From contig OZ220741.1 in assembly GCA_965116885.1 (NCBI GenBank), forward strand, positions 2,048,001 through 2,112,000: 64,000 bases of DNA, given 5' to 3'. A model generated the notes under the pieces. The model did no database searches. It worked only from the letters and a program-made list of their open reading frames with translations, and was not told the DNA's origin. Positions 19,355 through 28,986 of the stretch are shown here, one piece after another. How positions within the stretch are numbered: position 1 is the first letter of the stretch; each line of letters starts with the position of its first letter. Made by a program: the position numbers and the translations under genes. This stretch comes from Candidatus Latescibacterota bacterium (GTDB taxonomy: Bacteria; Latescibacterota; UBA2968).

Positions 19355-20374
19355 TCATGCCCACGGTTTCAATACGACTTTTGCACATTCGCCCGTGGTT
19401 TGCAATTCCCAGGCTTTTTGTACGTCTTCGAGTGAGAATGTGTGTGAGATCATCCGGTTCAATTTGTCTGTGTTTGCGCGGACGACTTGCATGAGTTTTG
19501 GTACGTCTTTTAAGTTGTAATGCCAGGAGCCGACGAGTGTGATGCCTTTTCGGATCATGTCCTGGCTGATGCGCAAGGGGGTGTCTTCTCCGCATTCGCC
19601 GACGAATGCGACCTGTCCGCGCCGTCGCACGGTGTCGATGCACATGCGGTGTGCAGATACGGCGCCCGAGCAATCTACGGCGGCATCTACGCCAATGCCG
19701 TTGGTGAGGTCCATTATTTGTTGCAGGGCGTTTTCTTCGAGGGGATCGATTGCTTCGTCTGCGCCCAGTTCGAGTGCTTTTTCGCGCCGATAGGGGTTGA
19801 TATCTACGGCTATTACACGTGCGCCCAGGTGTTTGCCGTTGATTACGCCTCCAAGTCCCACGGGACCGAGTCCGGTGACCATGAATGTGTCGTAGGCGTT
19901 TATTTGCATGCGCTGTATGGCGCCAAATGTGGGACCCAGGCCGCAGCAGGCCATTCCGCCGTGTTCGTAAGAGACGTCGTCTGGGATTTTTGGGAGTAGC
20001 CAGTCGGGTTTCAGGAGGTACTGCGCCATGGTGGCTCGGCCTTCGTTTCTACCCGTGAATTCGGCGAAGTTTGCGCTTTGTTGACAGTGGATATAATCGC
20101 CGCTGATACACAATGGGCAGGTACCACACGGATATTGGGGCATTACGGCTACGCGGTCGCCTACTGATACGCGCCCGGGTTGGGCGATTTCGACGACTTC
20201 ACCGGCTGCTTCGTGTCCCAGGGAGGTGGTTTCTCTGCCACCTGTAAATCCTTTGTATTCTGTACACATCGGCGCGGCGTGAACTTTTACCAGTACCCAG
20301 TTGTCTTTTGGCTTTGGGTCTGGTACGTCTATGACGCCGCCTTTGCGTTCACCAAATATTGCAGCTGCTTTCAT
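19355..20374 (-). CDS. Zinc-binding (MDR) alcohol/polyol dehydrogenase
   Basis: 'GHEAAG', structural Zn motif CGTCPLC...HC, 'GLGPVG'; GGAGG RBS. Confidence 0.9.
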   Translation of the reverse strand: MKAAAIFGERKGGVIDVPDPKPKDNWVLVKVHAAPMCTEYKGFTGGRETTSLGHEAAGEVVEIAQPGRVSVGDRVAVMPQYPCGTCPLCISGDYIHCQQSANFAEFTGRNEGRATMAQYLLKPDWLLPKIPDDVSYEHGGMACCGLGPTFGAIQRMQINAYDTFMVTGLGPVGLGGVINGKHLGARVIAVDINPYRREKALELGADEAIDPLEENALQQIMDLTNGIGVDAAVDCSGAVSAHRMCIDTVRRRGQVAFVGECGEDTPLRISQDMIRKGITLVGSWHYNLKDVPKLMQVVRANTDKLNRMISHTFSLEDVQKAWELQTTGECAKVVLKPWA

Positions 20375-20472
20375 TTTTACCTCCAGAATGGGGTTGACAA
20401 GGGTCATGTCTCGCTATTCATTCACATTCGATAGAATATTTCGAACGATAGAGTTCAATGGGAGAATATGTT

Positions 20473-21552
20473 ATGAACAAACCCATCCGCATGGCCGTGG
20501 TCGGTGTTGGGCGCATTGGCGTTTTTCACGCCCGGCATGTTCAGGAACTCGCCCGGGAAACGGGTGTGTGTGAACTCGTCGCTGTGTCCGATACTTATGG
20601 CGATACGGCCAGTCGCGTTGCAGCAGCGCTTCGGGCAGATCAGACGACGGAGATTCACGCGTTTAACGATGTGTCTGATCTGACGTCGTCAAATTTGATC
20701 GATGCCGCGCTTGTTGCGTCGCGCACAGAAGATCACGAACGCGATGCGCGCGTGCTTGTTGACGCGGGTTGTCGCGTGCTTTTGGAGAAGCCGCTGACTC
20801 ATTCGCTCGCGTCTGCCGAGGCTTTTGTTGCCGATTTGAATCGGGATCCCAGAAGGAAAAATGCGCTGATGCTGGCTTTTATGCGCCGGTTTGACGCTCC
20901 GTTGTTGAGGGCAAAAGCGTTGTTGGAACAAAACGCTATTGGCAATGTGTTCAAAATTGTTTCGGTTCTGGAAGATCCAATTCCACCGCCGGATGGCTAT
21001 AATAGCGCGGGTTTGCTCAGCGATATGGCTGTTCACAATTGCGACGAGATTCTCTGGTTGCTCGGCGGTCCTATGCCGGAATATGTCGCCGCGTTTGGGT
21101 CCAATCTTTACAATTGTACGATCAGTACTGTTGAAGAGGATTACGACGATGCTTTTTTGCAGATGTGGTTTCCCGGTCGCTTAATCGGTCAGGTTATGGT
21201 CAGTCGCAATCACGTTGCGGGATATCGCAATGCGACCTGGATTTATGGCGATGGCGGGGTGATTCACGTGGGGCATTTTCAGGAGGATCCGCACAAGGTT
21301 GAGGTGGAGGCTTATGGTCGCGATGGTGTGATCCATAAAGAATCTATTTCTTTGCGGGATTACGGTCCCGATGTGCCCGTTTTTATTACCCGTTTTGGCG
21401 AGTCGTATAAGAATGAACTCGCGTATTTTATTACGCAGTGTATCGACGATGCGCCGTTTAGCGTTACGCACGAAGATGGTCTCAATGCGATGCGCGTTGC
21501 CATTGCTGGGGGCGAGGCGATATGTCCTGTGGAAGACGCGAGAAGGGTGTGA
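20473..21552 (+). CDS. Gfo/Idh/MocA oxidoreductase (inositol 2-dehydrogenase-like)
   Basis: 'VVGVGRIG', 'LEKPL', 'FMRRFD', 'DMAVHNCD'. Confidence 0.85.
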   Translation: MNKPIRMAVVGVGRIGVFHARHVQELARETGVCELVAVSDTYGDTASRVAAALRADQTTEIHAFNDVSDLTSSNLIDAALVASRTEDHERDARVLVDAGCRVLLEKPLTHSLASAEAFVADLNRDPRRKNALMLAFMRRFDAPLLRAKALLEQNAIGNVFKIVSVLEDPIPPPDGYNSAGLLSDMAVHNCDEILWLLGGPMPEYVAAFGSNLYNCTISTVEEDYDDAFLQMWFPGRLIGQVMVSRNHVAGYRNATWIYGDGGVIHVGHFQEDPHKVEVEAYGRDGVIHKESISLRDYGPDVPVFITRFGESYKNELAYFITQCIDDAPFSVTHEDGLNAMRVAIAGGEAICPVEDARRV

Positions 21553-21559
21553 CATACGT

Positions 21560-22420
21560 CTAACACGTTACGTCCTTGCCTTCGCTGCCATAGACGGCGA
21601 GGCGTTCTTCTGAAGAAATTTCCTCTATGGATCCGGGGATGTAATGCAGTTGCAGGGCGCGGCGACGTCGGTTTGATCGATTTTCCGGGGAGCCGTGGTG
21701 CAGTCGGCCGTGCCAGAGCAATACGCCGCCGGGTTGCAGGGCTACTGCGGTGATGTGGTTGCGGACAACGTCGGTGTCGCATATTTGCCAGTCGCGTCTT
21801 TTGAAATGTATGACGGGACCTGCGCGATGGCTTTGGGGGATGACGTGCATGCATCCATTTTCGGGATCCGCGGGGTCGAGGGCAACCCAGGCGCTGACGA
21901 TGCAGGTGTGCATGGGCACGTTAAAGTAGGCGTGGTCCTGGTGCCAGGGTTTTTCGCGTCCAATGCCGGGTGGTTTTAGCATGGCCTGGTTGGCGAATAA
22001 TTTGGGGGGTTCGCCCATGATGCGGGTCAAGATATTGAGTAGTCGAGGGTCTTCGCCAAATGCGTCCAGGCGCGGGTCGAATCCGACAAATCGGGTGAGT
22101 TTTCGCACGAGTAGTTCGCGGGCGTGACCCACTGAGCGTTTGACCTGTTTGGCGCGTCCGCGCTCGAATTGTACGCCACGGAATTCGCGGTTTTGCCCCG
22201 CTATCAATTCTTTTACTGCGGCCATGCCGTCGTTGACCTGTGCGCTGGAATATGCGCTCTGTATTGGCAAAAAGCCCTGTGCGTGAAATTGTGCGATGTG
22301 TTCGTCGCTTACGTTTTCAAAGCCGTCAACGCATTCGGCGATGCGGGCGTATTTGTAGAGCGCGGGGTCGTATTCGCCAGGCTCGTACGTGTCTTGCAGG
22401 GTATCTGTTTCTTCTTTCAT
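21560..22420 (-). CDS. PhyH-family dioxygenase
   Basis: 'KPWHQD', 'WVALD', 'ENGCM', 'HHGSPENRS..RRRA'; AAGGAGG RBS. Confidence 0.85.
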   Translation of the reverse strand: MKEETDTLQDTYEPGEYDPALYKYARIAECVDGFENVSDEHIAQFHAQGFLPIQSAYSSAQVNDGMAAVKELIAGQNREFRGVQFERGRAKQVKRSVGHARELLVRKLTRFVGFDPRLDAFGEDPRLLNILTRIMGEPPKLFANQAMLKPPGIGREKPWHQDHAYFNVPMHTCIVSAWVALDPADPENGCMHVIPQSHRAGPVIHFKRRDWQICDTDVVRNHITAVALQPGGVLLWHGRLHHGSPENRSNRRRRALQLHYIPGSIEEISSEERLAVYGSEGKDVTC

Positions 22421-22442
22421 AACAACCTCCTTGGGAGATCTT

Positions 22443-23219
22443 ATGCTTGATCTCGAACTTATTGAACCGTCAGAAGTTGACCGCGCTGCCTCTGTTTTTC
22501 ACCGCGATGGGCTTGCCGTTGTGACGGAGGCGCTGACCGATGAGCAGTTCGCTTTTCTGAAGGATGGCGCGCATCGCGTCGTTGCGGAGCAGACGAGCGC
22601 GATTCCGCTGGAGAAGGCGAACAGGGGGTTTGCGCGTTATTCGTTTGGTTCGCAGATCCATCATCCCGAATGGGCGATGCTGGTTGATCTGCCTACTATT
22701 CTACCTATTATTGAAGCTATTTTCAATAGTAATCAGTTTGTGTGCAGTGGTGCTGGCGGCGATTATTCGCTGCCGGGGGCAAAAATTCAGCATTTGCACC
22801 GCGATATGCCCGATTTGATCAATGATCCCGAGCAGCGGGTGACGATTATGGATGTTCCAGTGCCGTTTATTGTGGTCAATTTTCCGATGATTGATTTTAG
22901 TGTGGAGAATGGGGCTACGCGCTTTATCCGAGGTACTCACCGCTCGCGCCAGTCGATTCCCAGTCTGGAGGATGAACCCGATTGGATGAAGCATTCCGTG
23001 GCTTGCGCGCCGAGTAAGTCGGCGATTTTTCGAGATGTGCGCTGCTGGCACGGGGGGACGGCCAATATGTCTCGGGATGTGCGTATTATGACGAGTGTGG
23101 GCTATTACGCGCCCTGGTTTCGCCGACCCGGTCGAGATGGCGAGATGCCCCGCGCGATTTACGATTCTCTGTCAGAGCGCGGTAAAGCGCTGTGTCAGTC
23201 TATTGTGGCGTTGGAGTAA
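22443..23219 (+). CDS. PhyH-family dioxygenase
   Basis: 'QHLHRD', 'NGATRF..GTH', 'RDVRCWHGGTAN'. Confidence 0.8.
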   Translation: MLDLELIEPSEVDRAASVFHRDGLAVVTEALTDEQFAFLKDGAHRVVAEQTSAIPLEKANRGFARYSFGSQIHHPEWAMLVDLPTILPIIEAIFNSNQFVCSGAGGDYSLPGAKIQHLHRDMPDLINDPEQRVTIMDVPVPFIVVNFPMIDFSVENGATRFIRGTHRSRQSIPSLEDEPDWMKHSVACAPSKSAIFRDVRCWHGGTANMSRDVRIMTSVGYYAPWFRRPGRDGEMPRAIYDSLSERGKALCQSIVALE

Positions 23220-23257
23220 AAGCGGAATAGGGTCCTGCGCCAGCAGTTTATCATAAT

Positions 23258-23284
23258 GTAGGGGGGGTGCCCCCGTGCCCGCCC
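23258..23284 (+). repeat. GTAG-type REP element
   Basis: GTAGGGGGGGTGCCCCCGTGCCCGCCC, nearly identical to the copy at 33090. Confidence 0.7.
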
Positions 23285-23328
23285 GTTGGGGTGGCAGAGT
23301 GGAATTAATTTGGATAAGGAGGCAAATA

Positions 23329-24357
23329 GTGAAACTGGTCGTTCTTTCCTACAGTCACCACGGACGCGGTATGGCGCGTACGGCGCACGGTCTCGGTCAC
23401 GATATTGTCGGTGTTATGGATGGCGATGCAGGTCCCCGGCAACAGTTGGCAGAGGAGTTCCATTGCCGTGGGTTTGAGACGGCTGGTGCGTGTCTCGATG
23501 CGTGTCAGCCAGATGCGGCGCTTGTTGCGGGGAAACACGTCGAGATGCCGTCTCATGTGCAGGCGTGTGTGGATCGCCGCGTTCCCTATCTTCTGGATAA
23601 GCCGTTTGCCGATTGTGCCGATCGCTTGCGTCCCGTTGCGGAGGCTTCGGAGAAGTACGGGGTGTTCAGTGCGTTGGTGTTGCCCAATCGCGCGAGCCGA
23701 ATTGTCCGCGTGGTGGAAGATATGGTGGCAGATGGCAGTTTGGGCGATCTGGTGCTGTATAATAGCAGGTTGAATAATGGTCCTCCGTCCCGCTATGATC
23801 CGACGCCGTCAGCATGGCATAATGATCCGGGTATTTCCGGTGGTGGTTGCTGGGCTGTCGAGGCGGCGCATGGGATTGATACGTTTTTGCAGTTTGTTGG
23901 TGATCGGCGTGTTTCTGTAGTTGGTGCAGTTATGTCCAATGCGATGTACAGCCGGGGGGTGGAGGATAGCGGTGTCGGCGTGTTGCGTACGGATGACGGT
24001 ATTACCGGGATTGTTGAGTCTGGTTATTCTTATCCGGCGGGTACGCGCAGTGGGGATCATTTTTTTAGATTTATTGGTACAAAGGCTTCGGTTTTTGAGC
24101 AGTACGGTCGCAATGGCGAGTCTTTGATTGAGGTTCACACGACGGAGGGCGTCCAGTTTTGCGAGGATATTTCGCACGGGGAGCGCATGGAGCGGGTGAT
24201 GGGCAAGGCGTTAGACGCGAGCCGTGAGGGCAATGCGTTTGAGCCGACGATTGTTGATGCGGTGCGTATTCTCGAGATTCAGGATGCTGTTTATGCCCAT
24301 GCGCGCCAGGGTGTGATGACCCATGGTCCGCATCCGATGGGGGCGCAAGGTTTTTGA
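23329..24357 (+). CDS. Gfo/Idh/MocA-family oxidoreductase (GTG start)
   Basis: AAGGAGG RBS; 'LDKPF', 'SGGGC....AAHGID'. Confidence 0.8.
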   Translation: MKLVVLSYSHHGRGMARTAHGLGHDIVGVMDGDAGPRQQLAEEFHCRGFETAGACLDACQPDAALVAGKHVEMPSHVQACVDRRVPYLLDKPFADCADRLRPVAEASEKYGVFSALVLPNRASRIVRVVEDMVADGSLGDLVLYNSRLNNGPPSRYDPTPSAWHNDPGISGGGCWAVEAAHGIDTFLQFVGDRRVSVVGAVMSNAMYSRGVEDSGVGVLRTDDGITGIVESGYSYPAGTRSGDHFFRFIGTKASVFEQYGRNGESLIEVHTTEGVQFCEDISHGERMERVMGKALDASREGNAFEPTIVDAVRILEIQDAVYAHARQGVMTHGPHPMGAQGF

Positions 24358-24373
24358 AAAAGAGGAGATTACT

Positions 24374-25090
24374 ATGTCTAAAACGGCTGTTATTTCAGGG
24401 GTCGGCTCTGGTTTAGGCGCCGCGCTGGTGAGGAAGTTTGCAAGCGAAGGCTATCAGGTGGGGTTGCTGGCCCGGTCCTCTGATTATATCCAGGATCTGG
24501 CCGAAGAATTGCTGCAAGAAGGTGTGAGAGTTCTGGCTTTACCCACGGATATCACCGATCCCCAGCAGGTGATCCGGAGTTTTGCCCGGGTGCGCGAGGA
24601 ATTGGGCACGGTTGATGTCCTGATCAACCACGCCGGCAATGCCTCATGGAAAGACTTCCACGAACTGACTCTGGATGAGTTTGAACTGTCCTGGCGCGTG
24701 TGTGCCTATGGCTCCTTTCTGTGCGCCAAAGAAGTGGTCGGCGATATGCTGTCTGCGGGTGGCGGTGCCATCCTTTTCACCGGAGCTACCTCGTCCATTC
24801 GAGGCCGGGCAGGTGCCCTTGCCTTCAGCAGTGCCAAGTTTGCGGTGCGCGGTTTGGCCTGGGCGTTGGCCCGCGAGCTGTGGCCCAAAGGCATTCACGT
24901 GGCCCACGTTATCATAGATGGGGTGCTGGATACCCCCTTGTTGCACGAGAGAGGAGATGTCGAGGAGAGCGAACCGCTCATGAATATTGACGCCGTGGCC
25001 GATGCCTATTGGCGTCTGGTGCAGCAGGACAAAGGCGCCTGGGGTTTCGAGATCGATTTACGGCCCCACGATGAGGGGTTCTTTGAGTGA
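24374..25090 (+). CDS. Short-chain dehydrogenase/reductase
   Basis: 'SGVGSGLG', 'TGATSS', 'FSSAKFA', 'HVAHVIIDG'. Confidence 0.9.
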   Translation: MSKTAVISGVGSGLGAALVRKFASEGYQVGLLARSSDYIQDLAEELLQEGVRVLALPTDITDPQQVIRSFARVREELGTVDVLINHAGNASWKDFHELTLDEFELSWRVCAYGSFLCAKEVVGDMLSAGGGAILFTGATSSIRGRAGALAFSSAKFAVRGLAWALARELWPKGIHVAHVIIDGVLDTPLLHERGDVEESEPLMNIDAVADAYWRLVQQDKGAWGFEIDLRPHDEGFFE

Positions 25091-25206
25091 ATTCATAGCA
25101 CTGCGCCATCTGGATAGCTATATCGGACGCATATGGGAAGGCGTTCAAGTGAGCAATCGCAGGTTCCCAGACGATTGTTGATGCGGTGCGTCTTTGGGGT
25201 TATGGA

Positions 25207-25578
25207 TTACAGTATAGGATCAATCGTTACATCGCCACCGTTTACAATCGTTAATATCACGCGATTTCCATAGAGTAATGACATGCCGATCAATGGTCCG
25301 CCTTCTGCTTGCAAAACAATTACTTCGCGTTCTTGGCCATGCCATATCACTTTTGCAAGATAGACATCCAATACTACTGTATTTCCATCACCAAGGGTGG
25401 CACGCCGATTTCCCGCCAGTTGAAGATTGAGGCGGTTGACTAAATCACTCGGTAGGGTCAGATATCCATTGAAGCCTGTATCTATGGCTGCTTCAACTCT
25501 TTCTATTTTTTGATTTTGGCTAACAATTTCCAATTCAATAACAGCTTCTCGGTTGGCTGTAACCTGTCCAGTAATCAT
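25207..25578 (-). CDS. Clan AA (retropepsin-like) aspartic protease, AF_0612-like
   Basis: 'IDTGF' catalytic motif and 'PLIGMSLL'. Confidence 0.85.
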   Translation of the reverse strand: MITGQVTANREAVIELEIVSQNQKIERVEAAIDTGFNGYLTLPSDLVNRLNLQLAGNRRATLGDGNTVVLDVYLAKVIWHGQEREVIVLQAEGGPLIGMSLLYGNRVILTIVNGGDVTIDPIL

Positions 25579-25844
25579 TGTGTGTTCACCGAAAAGCTAC
25601 TACCGATGCGATAGGCGGTTGGGTACCCGATTCGCAAACCGTAAATGACTGCATTGGGATGTTTGGCAAGTAGCTGTTTCGTAGCGACCAAATCGTCGGC
25701 GTTGATTTCGTATTTACCTGTTTCAATGTCTATGACCAAGAACTTGCCTTTGTGCTTAGGATCCACTTTGTCCCGGATCTGTTGCACATATATTGCTTCA
25801 CCGCGTGATTCGACTTCCTGAGATGTATAATTAGTATAGGGCAT
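25575..25844 (-). CDS. Small protein (DUF5678-like) coupled to the aspartic protease
   Basis: 'GKFLVIDIETG.YE', 'LRIG'; ATGA overlap with the protease gene; AAGGAG RBS. Confidence 0.7.
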   Translation of the reverse strand: MPYTNYTSQEVESRGEAIYVQQIRDKVDPKHKGKFLVIDIETGKYEINADDLVATKQLLAKHPNAVIYGLRIGYPTAYRIGSSFSVNTQ

Positions 25845-25975
25845 GATCTTTCTCCTTCAAGGATTTCAGGGATGTAAAGCACTACCAGGTCGCCGACTTC
25901 GGACTGAGATGGCTCTTATCAGGGCTGCCAGACGAAACTGCTCATGGGTGATAGAGGTTGAACAGTTTCGACGCC

Positions 25976-26333
25976 TTACTTGATATGTTTGCCACATACT
26001 GCTGTCAGTGGGCAGGAATTACACTGGGGTTTGGTGGGAAAACACCAATCCTTTCCGATCTTCCAGGCTGGCCAGTCCAGTTCGCCGGGAAATTTCGGAT
26101 TCAGAAGTCTCGCAGCGAATATTGCTTCTTCTTCTGCCTTAGAGTAAGTCAACCCTGTGCGTTGAAATACACGTATGACATGTACATCGGCCTTGATATC
26201 TATTTGATGTTCCTGCCCTGTAAACATTCTCCACTTATCATGCAGCATGCGGACGGCCATATGGATGCGATACCCTGACCAACGCCATGAATGCTTTGGA
26301 GCCTTTTTTTAACTTCGGCGGGCGACGCATCTT
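25976..26333 (-). pseudogene. 5'-truncated, frameshifted HhH-GPD/endonuclease III-like gene
   Basis: HhH 'LQSIHGVGQGIAS' is out of frame with 'MAVRML...DVHVIRV...WCFPTKPQCNSCPLTAVC' (FeS motif) because of 2 extra nt near 26261; N-terminus missing. Confidence 0.75.
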
Positions 26334-27878
26334 TCAGGCGCGGGCTGTCTCGAACCCCACCAGGTTGCGGGTTTCTCGGCTGAACTCTACGGCGATGAGA
26401 TGTATCGGCTCGCCGCGATCGCGGTATTTGTCGGCGTAGCGTTTCTGTTTCAGTTGCGCCATTGCGGTGCCTTCGGGTGATAGTTCAACTACTTTGAACT
26501 CGAACAGATACACATTGCCGTTGAAGCGAACTGCCATGTCCAGACGCCCATGGCTGCTGCTGTCCTCCACAACGATGTCCAATCCCACCGATGCGAAGTA
26601 GGAGTAGAACACGCTGGCGTAATAGCCTTCGTAATTCGCTATGTCGTTGTTTGTGTGCCACTGATAGGGAATGCTGGCGAAGAACGCTTTGAACAGGTTC
26701 TCCAGGCCAGCGAAGTCATTGATCAGCAACAGGTCATATAGACGGGCAATGTGCTCTGCCTGCTGCGTCGGGTTCCCTGTCAAGTGGTTCAGCAGACTTT
26801 CGTTCAGGCTCTGGCGCACTTCCTGGTTTGGATAGCCCAGACGGTAGTAGGTCCTGCTGCCTCGCGGTTCGGTATGTCGAATGGTTAGATAGCCGGTCTG
26901 GAACAACAGGGCTTCGGTCGCGATGTGGTCAACGTCAAATGTAGATAACAGTTCGTCATTGCCCAACAGGTTGTCCAGGGTCAGCGTCCCAACTCCGCGC
27001 GAGATCAAGGTCTCGATCAGGAATGTTGGGGTGCCGGTCTCGAACCACCACGCGCCGAAGCGTCGGCTGTCGAAGAGCAGGAGGATGTCGAAGGGGTTAT
27101 AGACCTCCTCTCCCAGCCAGCTATAGCCGTTGTACCAACGGCGTATTTCGTCGCGGTCAAAGCCGGGCAGTTCCGGTGCAAACACTGTGTCCAGGTCTGC
27201 ATCGGTGTAGCCGCAGATGGCTGAGTAGCGCGCATCCAGCGTGATGTCTTTGAGGTTGTTGAGGCCCGAAAAGAGGCTGACTTTGGAGAATTTGCTGACG
27301 CCAGTGAGGAAAGTGAACTTGATATACGCGTCGCTGTCCTTGATGGTTGCGTACAGGCCGCGCAAAAAGTCGCGGTTGGCGCGTGCGACTTCTGGTACTT
27401 CAAGTGCATCCAGAATTGGTTTGTCGTATTCATCTACCAAAACGGCCACTGGCTGCCCGGCACGGTCATGTAGTGCCTCTATCAGATAGGCGAAACGACC
27501 CGGTACTGTCTCGGCCTCAACAACCACCCCGGTTCGACGTTCTATGGCGGCCAATTGATCCAGGAGGTTCGCTTGCAGGTCGCCCGACTCTTTGAAGTTG
27601 CCGCTACCAAAACTCAAGCGAATCACCGGATAGCGGACAGACCAGTCCCAGTGGTCGTGGATATAAAGCCCTTTGAACAGCGGTTCATTGCCTTCGAATA
27701 ATTCCTTCAGTGTGTCCAGAAATAGACTCTTGCCAAAGCGACGCGGACGCGACAGGAAGTAATGCGTACCTCCATCCAACAGTTGCTTCATGTAAGCTGT
27801 TTTGTCAACGTAGTAGCAGTTTTCCTCTCGCATCTTGCGAAAGGTCTGAATACCGATAGGTAGTCTGCGTCTGGTCAT
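26334..27878 (-). CDS. AAA-ATPase-like domain + C-terminal PD-(D/E)XK nuclease protein
   Basis: 'LPIGIQTF', Walker A 'RPRRFGKS', 'DEYDKP', C-terminal 'GRLDM...FEFK'. Confidence 0.9.
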   Translation of the reverse strand: MTRRRLPIGIQTFRKMREENCYYVDKTAYMKQLLDGGTHYFLSRPRRFGKSLFLDTLKELFEGNEPLFKGLYIHDHWDWSVRYPVIRLSFGSGNFKESGDLQANLLDQLAAIERRTGVVVEAETVPGRFAYLIEALHDRAGQPVAVLVDEYDKPILDALEVPEVARANRDFLRGLYATIKDSDAYIKFTFLTGVSKFSKVSLFSGLNNLKDITLDARYSAICGYTDADLDTVFAPELPGFDRDEIRRWYNGYSWLGEEVYNPFDILLLFDSRRFGAWWFETGTPTFLIETLISRGVGTLTLDNLLGNDELLSTFDVDHIATEALLFQTGYLTIRHTEPRGSRTYYRLGYPNQEVRQSLNESLLNHLTGNPTQQAEHIARLYDLLLINDFAGLENLFKAFFASIPYQWHTNNDIANYEGYYASVFYSYFASVGLDIVVEDSSSHGRLDMAVRFNGNVYLFEFKVVELSPEGTAMAQLKQKRYADKYRDRGEPIHLIAVEFSRETRNLVGFETARA

Positions 27879-27911
27879 GGTTCACTCCTGTCTGCCCTCT
27901 TCAAATAGATT

Positions 27912-28973
27912 CTACAGCCGAATCCAATCTGATAGGTTCTCGTGCTGGAAGATCATGGTCTCCTGGATGTTCGATATCCGTCCCTTTCCCGCTTCTTTGG
28001 CCCGTTGGTACATCGCGTATGCAATAGCGACATCGACATAGGCCAGGCCAACTGCGTTGAAGTAGGCCCGTTCTTCGGGGGTCTCCCTTCCTCCTTTTTC
28101 GCCGGAGACGACTTCGACGAGGTTCGCATAAATGTCCTCGTCCGAGAGTTGTCCGTCCTTATACATGCGACTGAGCGTTTGCGTTCTGTGCTTTACGGTT
28201 TCCCAATCGTCGCACACAATTTTATCGCATTGTTTCGCCACGTCATACTCGTCCTCCCAGCCGCCGATATGGCTGTAGAAAGTGCCGGGTTTTATCCAGG
28301 CCGCTTTGAGAAGCGGGGCTTGTGCGCTCGTGGCTGTGACGAGAATGTCGGCGCCCTCTATGGCCCGCTGTGCATTTGTATGGGCGGCGGAAAAGCGCAT
28401 GTCTTGAAAGAGTGTCGCCATTTCGTCGATGAATTGCTGTTCTTCGTGGTCATACTTGGCAGAAACTCGGCACTCCTCAAGGGCTGGAAATACCGTTTTC
28501 ATGGCGATTAAGTGCATCTTGGCCTGTTCCCCCGCGCCAATGAAGGCAATGCTCTTAGAATCCGGCCTTGCGAAATGCCTGGCGGCAATGCCACCCATTG
28601 CGCCCACGCGCATATTCGAGCACAAGGTGCCATCCATAAAGGCGATGGGGTAGCCTTTCTCGATTTCGGATAGGATGAAGACTGCGGAGAGATTCTGCTG
28701 GCCGTATTTCTCGGGATTGAACGGGAATACGGATACCCACTTAGCCCCGCATATCTTTTCGGGCAAGAGGGTTGCAGGCAGGCAGTTAATGCGTTCCTGG
28801 GTGTCTTCATTGAAAATCTGAACTACTTTTTCCGGAAAAAGGATGTCGTTTTTTTCGAAGGCGAGCATGGCGTTTTCCGCCGCGCTCATGGCAAGCCGCA
28901 TGTCCAGGCATCCGGCTTGCAGGAGGTCTTCTTGAGAGAGAAAGAGACATTCGATGCGATGCTTATCCGTCAT
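27912..28973 (-). CDS. Ornithine cyclodeaminase/mu-crystallin family protein
   Basis: 'GAKWVSVFP.NP', 'SNMRVGA', 'GAGEQA', 'TATSA', 'VGLAYVD'; AAGGAG RBS. Confidence 0.85.
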   Translation of the reverse strand: MTDKHRIECLFLSQEDLLQAGCLDMRLAMSAAENAMLAFEKNDILFPEKVVQIFNEDTQERINCLPATLLPEKICGAKWVSVFPFNPEKYGQQNLSAVFILSEIEKGYPIAFMDGTLCSNMRVGAMGGIAARHFARPDSKSIAFIGAGEQAKMHLIAMKTVFPALEECRVSAKYDHEEQQFIDEMATLFQDMRFSAAHTNAQRAIEGADILVTATSAQAPLLKAAWIKPGTFYSHIGGWEDEYDVAKQCDKIVCDDWETVKHRTQTLSRMYKDGQLSDEDIYANLVEVVSGEKGGRETPEERAYFNAVGLAYVDVAIAYAMYQRAKEAGKGRISNIQETMIFQHENLSDWIRL

Positions 28974-28986
28974 GGGTTCTCCTTTT

